Source of the DNA: Octopus sinensis
Lineage: Eukaryota
Assembly (NCBI RefSeq): GCF_006345805.1
Contig: NC_043011.1
Coordinates: 6,014,001 to 6,078,000 of the forward strand
Reading direction: 5' to 3'
DNA: 64,000 nucleotides
The position numbers and the translations under genes are program-made. Positions 36,369-47,050 of the stretch are shown here, in pieces. Every line of letters begins with the position of its first letter. Position 1 is the stretch's first letter. Under the pieces are notes generated by a model that ran no database searches, was not told the origin of the DNA, and saw only the letters and a program-made list of their open reading frames with translations.

Positions 36369-37268
36369 CAGTAGTTTTATTTTTATAGCGTGCTTTCACT
36401 TCACTACCGAGCGCAGCTCTGTGTGCCTTGGGTATGTGCTGTGGTTTGTTGTGATGCTCTGATGGTTACTGTATTGAAAGTGTTCTGCGTAGGATGTGTG
36501 CAGTGCCTAGTAGTGCAATTTTCTGTATGTTATATGTGTTTGTAAGTCCTGATGTTTTTGTTATGTATTTGTCTGAATATTTTTTTATCATGCCTAATGC
36601 ACCTACTATGATAGGGATTGTCTCTGTTTTTAGATTCCACATTCTAGTTACCTCTATTTCCAGTCTTTGTATTTTGAACGTTTCTCTATATCTTTTAGAG
36701 ACACGTTGTCATCTGCTGGTATTAATACACCAATTAGAAAGCATTTTTTTTCTTCATGATCTCTGACAACTATATCTGGCCTATTGGCCTTAATTTTTGT
36801 ATCTGTGTGTATTGGCATATCCCAGAGTATGGTTGCTTTCTCGTTTTCTGTGACCTTTTCTGGTGTGTGCCTACGCCATCTTTTTTCTGTTGTTATTCCA
36901 TAATGTTGGCATAACTTCCAGTGTATGTAGGTCCCAACTCTGTCGTGTCTGTGAATATATTCCTTCTTAGCCAGGACTGGGCAGCCAGAGATAATATGAT
37001 TTATTGTTTCTTGTCCATCTCCACATATTCTGCAGTTACTTGTTATATTTCTTTTCATTACATGTTTTTGGTAATTTCTGGTGGGGAGGCTTTGGTCTTG
37101 TGCTGCAATTAAAAAACCCTCTGTCTCTGCTTTGAGTCCTGAGCTTCTCAACCATTGCTGGGAATTTTCTTTGTCTATTTCTTTTGCATTTAGTTTAGTC
37201 CAGTACTTGCCATGAAGGGGCTTTTCTTGCCATCACTTTATCATGGTCCGTTGCTGTTCTAGTTTTAG
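36369..37268 (-). mobile_element. Second copy of RLE element B
   Basis: Same peptide (ORF 36654-37151) and same ends as 33321-34221; (TTA)n on both sides. Confidence 0.92.
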
Positions 37269-37277
37269 TTTATTATT

Positions 37278-37333
<56 letters not shown>

Positions 37334-37589
37334 AGCAGTGAGCTGGTAAAATCTTAGTGGCATTTCGTCCGTCCTTACATTCTGAGTTCAAAGTCCACCA
37401 ATGTTGGGCTACAACAAGTAACCTTAGATGCCAAGAACCCTCCTAAGTATCCTGGCTACACTAAAGTAGCTTTTATGCCTATTTCCTCTCTCCATCTGTT
37501 CAAATCTTTAGGGATAGTTCCTAATAGACCTAAAACTACTAGGATACATTTTACTTGCACTTTCCATAGCCTCTGTTAGGTTCTACTAC

Positions 37590-37703
37590 ATTATTTACAT
37601 CTGATGAATATTAGTCCTCATCACATTTCGGCTGATATACCTACCAGCCTTCTTCAGGTGTCTTGGGGAAATTTCGAACCTGGGTTCTCATTCCTAAGGT
37701 ATA
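37590..37703 (-). mobile_element. Penelope-like pLTR with a hammerhead remnant
   Basis: Minus strand GACAC-CTGAAGA-A-GGCTG gtaggtatat CAGCC-GAAA-TGTGA (37621-37662); inverted copy of 38586-38712. Confidence 0.75.
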
Positions 37704-37721
37704 TTATTATTATTATTATTA

Positions 37722-37755
<34 letters not shown>

Positions 37756-38285
37756 GTGTGAGAGAGAAGTGCATGCCATCAAAGTGACACTGGGGTAAAA
37801 TATACGAAGCCCAGTATATCCGTCATGACTACCCGTCTGATAAGGGTACACCAGGCACATGCATCACAACCATATGTGCGCGACATGGTGATCTCATATC
37901 AAGATAAGCAGCACATGACTTTGCAGGTGGGGCCCAGTTAGAATTTTCTTCAGGTTGAGTAACCCATCCCACTAAAAAGGTCCCGGAATAAGGGTTGTTT
38001 AAGGATGTTGAACAAAACGTCCATGTTTCCAAGGGTGAATTATCCAAACCCCAAAGAATCCCTCTCAACATATGGCTATGGTGCTCCCCACTACTTCTGC
38101 CCGTGATCAGAGATGCACATATTGTCAGCCACTAAGGGACATGCTCAACTGGTTAAGGTCAAGCAAATCTGTGGTTGCTGTAGCCCATCTTTTATACCAA
38201 GACAAAACAATGTACATGATAACACTTCAAATCAGTTAAGATCAGAAACCATGAGAGCCACTGCCTGGTACTGCGTCAGGGCATT
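37756..38285 (-). mobile_element. Non-coding ~530-555-bp element flanked by (TAA)n ('TAA-element')
   Basis: Homologous to 54511-54942, 58141-58695, 58791-59314 and 63620-64000; no ORF. Confidence 0.85.
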
Positions 38286-38290
38286 TATTA

Positions 38291-38423
<133 letters not shown>

Positions 38424-38450
38424 TATATTATTATTATTATTATTATTATT

Positions 38451-38509
38451 CAGGTCACTGCCTGGAATCAAACTTGGAATCTTGGGGTTTGATTCCAGGC
38501 AGTGACCTG
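38451..38509. repeat. Perfect 23-bp hairpin (13-nt loop) extended by (TTA)n/(TAA)n arms
   Basis: caggtcactgcctggaatcaaac (38451-38473) / gtttgattccaggcagtgacctg (38487-38509). Confidence 0.95.
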
Positions 38510-38519
38510 AATAATAATA

Positions 38520-38564
<45 letters not shown>

Positions 38565-38625
38565 TAATAATAATAACATTGAAAAATACCTTAGGAATGA
38601 GAACCCAAGTTTGAAATATCCCCAA

Positions 38626-38671
38626 GACACCTGATGAAGGCTGGAGGGTATATCAGCTGAAACGTTGTGTT
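38626..38671 (+). ncRNA. Minimal Type I hammerhead ribozyme with canonical core
   Basis: GACAC-CTGATGA-A-GGCTG gagggtatat CAGCT-GAAAC-GTT-GTGTT; predicted cut after 38666. Confidence 0.8.
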
Positions 38672-39300
38672 AACAACAAACAAAATGAGGACAAATATAC
38701 ATCAAATGTAAATAACTCCTCATTCTTAAATATAGAACTTTGGGTCCTAGTACTTTGTTATTTTCTCTATACTTCTCATATGTATGTGTATGTGTGTTGT
38801 GTGCACATACATGAGCATGTGAGTGTGTGTGTGTGTGTGCCCTTGTCCTGACATCATATGGCATAAAAAGGCATCACCTTCATACAAATGATGTTGCTTA
38901 TTTCTGGTCTTGGACAGTTTGACCAGAGCTGGCAAGCTGGAGAGCTGAACCAGGCACCAGTTATTTGTTTTGGCATAGTTTCTATGGCTGGATGCCTTCC
39001 TTAATGCCAACCACAATAAACGGTGCACTAGGTACCTTCTATGTAGCTCCAGCATGGGCAAATTTTTACACATGAAAAGAATTAAGAATTATAAGGATAA
39101 AACAACTAGATTGCAAGATAGGAACTGTTTATTTATTAAGACAGCTTTCTTTGGCTTTCAGGAATTTCCTTGGGTTTTTTTTTTTTATCTCCGAGAGCAA
39201 AACACCTCTCTTTTTCTGCTGTTGAACCATTTTGAGTAACAGCCGCCACATAAATAGGGACTGCAAGAAAGGAATGTATGTATGCATATATATATATAGA

Positions 39301-39352
<52 letters not shown>

Positions 39353-39509
39353 GAGGGTAATAATGCCCTCTATATAATATAAATAAATATTTTCAAGTGA
39401 AAAAATTTACAGATTTTTTCTCTTATGAGGTTTTTCACGCTAACTACTTGATAATTTCTTATGAAGATTTTTATCCTATTTTTAAATTTTATATATATAT
39501 ATATATGTG

Positions 39510-39745
39510 TATTTCTTTACTGCCCAGAAGGGGCTAAATATAGAGGGGACAAACAAGGACAGACGAAGGGATTGAGTCGATTATATCGACCCCAGTGCAA
39601 AACTGGTACTTTATTTATCGACCCCGAAAGGATGAAAGGCAAAGTTGACCTCGGCGGGAATTTGAACTCAGAACATAGCGGCAGACGAAAATACCACTAA
39701 GCATTTCGCCCGGCACGCTAACGTGTCTGCTAGCTCACCGCCTTA
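39510..39745 (-). mobile_element. SINE family 3
   Basis: High similarity to 18301-18531. Confidence 0.88.
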
Positions 39746-39857
39746 ATATATGTGTGAGCATGTGTGTGTGTATGTATATATTATACATGTATTAAATTAT
39801 TGCATACTAATATAAACACTTATTTATATATATATATACACACACACCAATATATAT

Positions 39858-41212
39858 AGATGCACCAAGTGTAAGCTATGGACACATAAGAGATGCAGCA
39901 ATGTCAAAGGAAGGCTAACTAGGAAGATGGTTTTTGTATGTGGCAGATGCTCAGGAACAATAAACACTGAAAATGCTCTGAGACCAACTTCCGTCACTTT
40001 CCAGGGAGAAAAACTAGAAATAGTTGATAGTTTCCGTTACCTAGGTGACCAAGTCAGCAGCGGGGGCGGGGGTGCTGAAAGTGTAACTGCTAGAGTAAGA
40101 ATAGCTTGGGCAAAGTTCAGAGAGCTCTTACCTCTGCTGGTGACAAAAGGCCTCTCGCACAGAGTGAAAGGCAGACTGTATGATGCGTGTGTACGAACAG
40201 CCATGCTACATGGCAGTGAAACATGGGCCGTGACTGCTGAGGATATGCGTAAGCTCGCTAGAAATGAAGCCAGTATGCTCCGATGGATGTGTAATGCCGG
40301 TACTCACACTCGGCAGAGTGTAAGTACCTTGAGAGAAAAGCTGGACCTAAGAAGCATCAGTTGTGGTGTGCAAGAGAGACATTTGCGCTGGTATGGTCAT
40401 GTGGCGAGAATGGATGAAGATAGTTGTCTGAAAAAGTGCCACACCCTAGCGGTTGAGGGAACCTGTGGAAGAGGCAGACCCAGGAAAACCTGGGACGAGG
40501 TGGTGAAGCACGACCTTCGAACTTTAGGTCTCACTGAGGAAATGACTAGAGACCGAGACCTCTGGAAGTGTGCTGTGCGCGAGAAGACCCGGCAGGACAA
40601 GTGAGTCCACAACCCGTGGCCTTCTACATGGGATGGAGCCAGCCTACGTATGCATACCTTCCCTTCTTGGGACACAAAACTCTACTTGTGAAGACGTGTT
40701 GAGGCAAGTGAGGATCAGAATCGAAATCGATCAATGGAAATTGCGGATGTGCTACCAGTGCCGGTGGCATGTCGAAACTCTGCTTGTGAAGACCCATTGA
40801 GGCAAGTGAGGATCAGAATCGAAATCGATCAATGGAAATCGATCAATGGAAATTGCAGATGTGTTACCAGTGCCGGTGGCATGTAAGAGAACTTTCCGTT
40901 TCGCGACCGTTGCCAGCACCGCCCCGTTTCGTGTCCGTTGCCAGCCTCGCCTGGCCCTCGTGCCGGTGGCACATAAAAAGCACCATCCGTTCGTGGCCGT
41001 TTGCCAGCTCTGTCTGGCACCAGTGCGGGTGGCACGTAAAAAGCACCCACTACACTCACGGAGTGGTTGGCGTTAGGAAGGGCATCCAGCCGTAGAAACA
41101 CTGCCAGATTTGACTGGGCCTGATGAAGCCTTCTGGCTTCACAGACCCCAGTAGAACCGTCCAACCCATGCTAGCATGGAAAACGGACGCTAAATGATGA
41201 TGATGATGATGA

Positions 41213-41216
<4 letters not shown>
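39858..41216 (+). mobile_element. 5'-truncated RTE, nearly identical to 12400-13752
   Basis: ORF 39927-40604 (225 aa) is open through the C-terminus; same 3' UTR; inserted in (TA)n. Confidence 0.95.
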
Positions 41217-41266
<50 letters not shown>

Positions 41267-41725
41267 ATATTTATGTATATACATACACACTCATATATAG
41301 CTGAAGGAAATGAGAAATGATGGGTGAATTATGAACAACTCATTAAAGAGAATATGAAGCAGATTGTTTATACTTACTAACAAGTAGCAGTGGGATATAA
41401 TGAGCAGAAACTGGATTGTCCCACAGTACATGGGTTCATCAGGCAGTACTTGACTTTGGGTTTATCTTTCGGACATTTGAATTTATGCTTGATTGCTGCA
41501 AGAAGAGAAATTCAAAAGATTCAATGTCAGGCAGAGATAGAACAGGAGGGGGTTGAAGGGGAGCTGAGAGTAGTGAAGTGGAAGTAGGGGGGGAGTAGTG
41601 AGTGGAAGGGGGAGTAGTGAGTGGAAGGGGGAGTAGGAGTGAAGGAAATAGTATTCTTTCATTTGTTTCAGTCATTTGACTGTGACCATGCTGGAGCACT
41701 GCCTTTTTGCAGAGGTGGTACGACA

Positions 41726-42127
41726 GAGTAGTTGTACACTGTCAACTTAATGTGACAGTCCCATGAAAGGAATCACACTACTGCTATTTAGCCCTAGGAA
41801 GCAGCAACACTTCCTGTCGGCCTTCACACATTTCCTGTTTACAAGGGATTTATTTCACTAGAATCCTTATATGTTTGCAAGGGCCAGATAGGCATCTCCA
41901 ACTAGCAAGCCATGCTACTCCAGACTGATGACAAGCAAAGGACTCAGAAACTAGTCTCTGGATGCAGGCTTAGCTGGGTGGAGGTGCTTATCTCCCCCCT
42001 GTAAACATAAGGACACAGGAAATGTGTCAAGGCCGACAGGAAGCGTTGCTGCTTCCTAGGGTTAAATAGCAGTAGCGTGATTCCCTTCATGAGACTGTCA
42101 CATTAAGTTGACAGTATACAACTACTC
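41726..42127. repeat. 400-bp rod-like foldback element
   Basis: Outer arms about 113 bp (41726-41838 / about 42014-42127, roughly 7 mismatches by hand alignment) plus diverged inner arms of about 60 bp. Confidence 0.92.
41920..41961 (+). ncRNA. Hammerhead ribozyme motif at the tip of the foldback (canonical core, GUC site, eroded stem II)
   Basis: CCAGA-CTGATGA-caagcaaaggactca-GAAAC-TA-GTC-TCTGG; stem I 5/5, palindromic ACTAGT; predicted cut after 41956. Confidence 0.7.
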
Positions 42128-42594
42128 CAATTTTTTTAGTTATTATGACATAAAACTAATTTTAAAAATCAGGTGTTACTAATTAAATATAAATTAAAAA
42201 CATGTCGTTTAGATGAGAACAATTAAGTAGAATCAATATTGTACAGGGGCAAAAATAAGTTCTATGCAGTTAATTCCTATTTTAGTGTCGTAAAAAAAAA
42301 AAATTTTTAATGGGGAGGAGTGGGGCACAATGAGGAGTTTTTACGACAGTTTTGACTTTGAGAAAAAAATATTTTATACTAATGCTTGCAACCTTACAAA
42401 AACCATATCAGCTAAGCAAATGATCTTCTTTAAATATATTAAAAAACATAACATTATCTGAACACCTACTTCAGAAAATTATCACCGTTCCCTTTGAGCA
42501 TATAAAACATAATTAACTGTGGCAAAATGAGCAAGCCATGATGAGGTAAATTTGCCTCCTCAGTCTTCCAGAGGTAAATTTGCCTCCTCAGTCT

Positions 42595-42765
42595 TCATCA
42601 TCATCATCATCATTTAGCGTCCGTTTTCCATGCTAGCATGGGTTGGACGGTTCTACTGGGGTCTGTGAAGCCAGAAGGCTTCATCAGGCCCAGTCAAATC
42701 TGGCAGTGTTTCTACGGCTGGATGCCCTTCCTAACGCCAACCACTCCGTGAGTGTAGTGGGTGCT
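42595..42765 (-). mobile_element. RTE 3' tail fragment
   Basis: Reverse complement of 13600-13752; preceded by a 26-bp tandem duplication (42543-42596). Confidence 0.9.
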
Positions 42766-43492
42766 TTGAAAACAGACTCATACACATCAATATCCACTCT
42801 TAAACACCAGAAAGGCAAAAAAAAAAACAAATTAAATATCTACGTCAAACAAAACAAGATCAGCGGAAAATGGCACATGATATGAAATTAGCAAAACTCA
42901 ACTAAATAGAAAAAGAATTCAACATAAAATATTCAAAATATTCTCCATAGCTTCTTCTTCATGAACTATTGGAGAGGCTCCCTTTCTGATATATTTTATA
43001 CACCAAGCAGTTAAACAAAATATTATTAAAATTAGTCGTTACTCGTTTTGCCCCATTTTCGATATCATATTTTGAAACCTGAAAATTATCAAATTAGACA
43101 TTAGAGTGGGGAAAAAATTGACTTGGAATTCAACAGAGAAAAACTATTGATCATTAAGCACTAAAAATTATCCAGATATTTCATTAGCAACCTCAATTAC
43201 AATCGGATTCAAAGTTGAGGAAGAATTTCTTGAAAAAAAAAAGAGGACCTGTCACCTGAGCATGTTTCCGGTTCTCTCAACTTCTGCCACAACAACTATG
43301 CCGACCAATTTTTACTGCTAAAGACGATGCGACCGTACGAAATAAGGATGCAATACTTGTAATGAAAGGATTTCAAACAGGGAAGGAGAAAATGAGGAGA
43401 AATCAGAAATTACTCATTTTACCCCGGTTACTGATTTTGTCTCTGCTTTTTCATCATTGAACATTTCCATCTTTAAACTATTATCTATTTTG

Positions 43493-43840
43493 GGATCTTT
43501 TCGGTTCGAACGGCAGTTTTTTCTAGCGGTGTCATATGAAATTGTCACCCATAATTATGACCCTAGTATCGATCTGTTTTAGGGTTAGGGTTAGGGGTGG
43601 GGGGAAGGGTATCTTTTTTTTCTTCACAAATGTAAATAAACCCAATCTGTTTCTTAAATGAGGGACATATTCATACGGCACAGAAAAGGAACAACAAATA
43701 TCTTACAAACTACAGAATTTTCTCAATAAAGCCAAGAGAAAAAGATGTTTTATAAACACATTCTATCAGTATACGAAGTCTAAAAATTTTTAGTTAGCTA
43801 GAAATTATGTTAAAAACTGCTGTTCAAACCGAAAAGATCC
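43493..43840. mobile_element. MITE-like element with ~29-bp TIRs and internal (TTAGGG)3
   Basis: ggatcttttcggttcgaacggcagttttt / aaaaactgctgttcaaaccgaaaagatcc; TTAGGG x3 at 43579-43596. Confidence 0.8.
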
Positions 43841-44587
43841 GCATTTTGAATCATGCTACGTCCTAAAAAAAACTAGTATTTATTGATGGAATTCTGGTTT
43901 TGACACCCCATATAACTCTTCGTAGCTTTTGGGGTTGGGAAGGGGGTTGTATTTTCAGAAAATTTTTGCAAATTTGTGTTCAACAGACGGAATTCGTACA
44001 ATTATGGAAAAAAAAAAATTTTTTAATAGTTTAAACACCCTCATAAATCGTAAAAATTCCACTCTTTTCTGAATCTTTTTCAAAAACCAGAGTTTAAAAT
44101 ACGGCCAGTCTAAATTTCCTGCTTAAACCCAGCAATGACCAACCCTTAATATTCTGGAAGGTGTGCACCATATTTTTGCTATGATGACTTCCAAAAACGG
44201 TGGCTGGTTTTACACAAGTCTTCAACACTCAAATCACACCATCTCTGTGGGTTTTCTGATAACTTACATTTATTCATTCAATACGGCACAGCTTCGACTT
44301 GCAAAAAAAATCCAAAAGTCTTCTGGCAAGAGTGTGAAAATGGCTGAGACAGGTGAAGGATATTACGGGAAGCCTCTGGCTGGATCTCTACTCAGTCAAC
44401 CATCATTGGGGGATGGCCGTTCCAGCACAGAACTTGTGAGTGACTGGTGCTGTCCATTTGGATCTGTGGGCTTTTTTACAAATAGTTGGTGAGACTTAAA
44501 TTTCACATTCGACATAAGCATTATGACTGACAAGGAAAGGGTACGTTGTCGAAGCTTCATACGTCAAAACCGACGGGGGAGTCCATC

Positions 44588-44608
44588 ATATGTGTGTGTG
44601 TGTGTGTG

Positions 44609-44663
<55 letters not shown>

Positions 44664-45130
44664 GTATATATGTATGTATGCATGCAGGCATGTATGTATG
44701 TATGTATCTATGTATGTATGCATGCATGTATGTGTACGTATGTATGTATGTATGTATGTATATATGTATGTATGTATGCATGCATGTATGTATGTGTATG
44801 TGTGTGTGTATGTATGTATGTATGTATGTATGTATGCATGCATACATGTATGTATGTATGTATGTATGTATGTATGTGTATGTATGTATGTATGTATGTA
44901 TGTATGTACGTACGTACGTATGTATGTATGTATGTATGTATGTATGTATGTATGTGTGTGTGTGTGTATGTATGCATGTATGTATGTATGTACGTACGTA
45001 CGTACGTATGTATGTATGTATGTATTATGTATGTATGTATGTACGTACGTGCGTACGTACGTACGTACGTACGTATGTATGTATGTATGTATGTATGTAT
45101 GCAAGTATAAAGCGAGAGAGAGAGAGAGAG
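44588..45130. repeat. Compound (TG)n/(TATG)n/(TACG)n/(GA)n microsatellite
   Basis: Direct inspection. Confidence 0.95.
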
Positions 45131-45416
45131 AACTCCAGATATTCCTATAGAATAGCGTCGGAAATTTTCTAGTGCGGTAAAACAGTAATTCCTTTGAATT
45201 CCTTTTAAGAATAAACACCACTTGCACTAAAAAAAAACAACTTTTATTCATTACTATTATTATTATTATTATTTTGCAGATCTGTAATCAACGATGCTTT
45301 GAGCAAATGCAATCGATAGATTTTAGATAACAGATAATTTCCGACTGTTCTATAAGATTACATATATATCCACACACACACGCACACACACATGTACGTA
45401 TGTTGTGTGTGTGTGT

Positions 45417-45460
<44 letters not shown>

Positions 45461-45767
45461 GTTGTTGTTGTTGTTGAAATGAAACAATAACGAAGGTTCA
45501 GAACAAATATTAAAACCATAATCATGGAAGCATTGTGTCCACCGTATACTTTCGTTATTTCTCTTTCAACCGTTGAAATAATACTTCCATGATAATTGTA
45601 CATTGTATACAACAAAGTATTTTATACTTTAAAAACTTCATTAAATATCAAACATATCAAATCAGTTCATTTTTCGACCTATTATTTTTAGTTTCTTTCA
45701 GAATTTCAAAGACGTTCGCGCATTTATGATAGGTTCATGCATTTGTTACAGAGTCTGATTATAGTAT

Positions 45768-46173
45768 TTATTTCTTTATTGCCCAAGGGGGTCTAAACAT
45801 AGAGGGGACAAACAGGGACAGACAAAGGGGTGAAGTCGATTACATCGACCTCAGTGCGTAACTGGTACTTATTTAATCAACCCCGAAAGGATGAAAGGCA
45901 AAGTCGACCTCGGCGGAATTTGAACTCAGAACGTAGCGGCAGACGAAATACCTATTTCTTTACTACCCACAAAGGGCTAAACACAGGGAACAAACAAGGA
46001 CAGACACACGGATTAAGTCGATTACATCGACTCCAGTGCGTAAATGGTAATTAATTTATCGACCCCGAAAGGATGAAAGGCAAAGTCGACCTCGGCGGAA
46101 TTTGAACTCACAACGTAACGGCAGACGAAATACCGCAAAGCATTTCGCCCGGCTTGCTAACGATTCTGCCAGC
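45768..46173 (-). mobile_element. Head-to-tail dimer of SINE family 3
   Basis: Copies 45768-45951 (head-truncated) and 45953-46173. Confidence 0.88.
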
Positions 46174-46499
46174 GAATTATAATTATAACTATGATATTGA
46201 GTTGATGACGATAGCGACATATTTTTCCTCTCTATTTTCAGTAAGGAAAATACTGATGTTGTAATCCAGTCATATGTATAACAATTTTTAAGACAAATTA
46301 TGAAATAAAAGCTTGACTTCATCTGAAAGGCATCAGTCTCCCATTTCTGGACCATGCTTCCAATTACGTTTAACAGCATATAATCAATAACCTGCACTAT
46401 TAATGGAAAATAAACATGTTAAATTGATTCTTAAATGAATCCATGATATAAAATGTCAAACGAGTACGTGAGATTTAATTTCTGTTTTGTTCTTCAAGA

Positions 46500-46600
46500 A
46501 GAGAAAATGAAAGAAATGTCGTAGTTGGCCAGAAGCCATGTTTGACGTCATGTCACGTAACTTCCGTTAAAATTTGTTCTTTGTTCAAGCGTTGCCTGAA
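46500..46600. promoter_or_regulatory. Candidate promoter motifs upstream of the DC-STAMP gene
   Basis: TGACGTCA (CRE) at 46543-46550, GTCACGTAAC, and ACTTCCG (ETS-like) at 46560-46566, in repeat-free, CpG-retaining sequence. Confidence 0.4.
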
Positions 46601-47050
46601 AATCAATAATTTGCCTCAATAGTTCGATTTGTCTTATTCAATCCATTGTTTAATAAGTTATTAATTATTTGGCCATACGTGTCTGTACAAATTGTAGAAC
46701 TATTCCGTTGTTTCGATTCCTTTCAAAACCTTGCTTGCAAGAAAACTTAACAGTTGAAGCAGTGTCGAAGTCGAAATATTGGGGCAACAAGAAGCGAACC
46801 AACACAGATAATCGTAAGAAGAACAACGTAAAAAATGCTTCAATTCTTCCCATGAATTTGCCATTAAACAGGTAAAAATAAAAGAAAGAAGAAAGAATTG
46901 TAATGCAATTCCCATTTCAAAAAGCTTCTCAATTCATTGAATAACATCCATGTTCCTTTTATCATTATTTCCCATGGAGGGCTCCAGGCTGTGTGTAATG
47001 ATCTACAAGTTACTGTTGATTAAAACCGATATCTGATTATTCTTGGAATA

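Noticed and set aside
37756-37900. HDV-like ribozyme at the end of the TAA-element
   Set aside because: A 7-bp GTGCATG/CATGCAT helix exists, but there is no P1.1 GG, nested P2/P3 or J4/2 motif.
43579-43596. Telomere or telomere fusion scar
   Set aside because: Only three TTAGGG units, internal to a TIR-bounded element.
44523-45251. CMYV/HTYI-rich ORFs of about 200 aa
   Set aside because: (TATG)n/(TG)n microsatellite translation.
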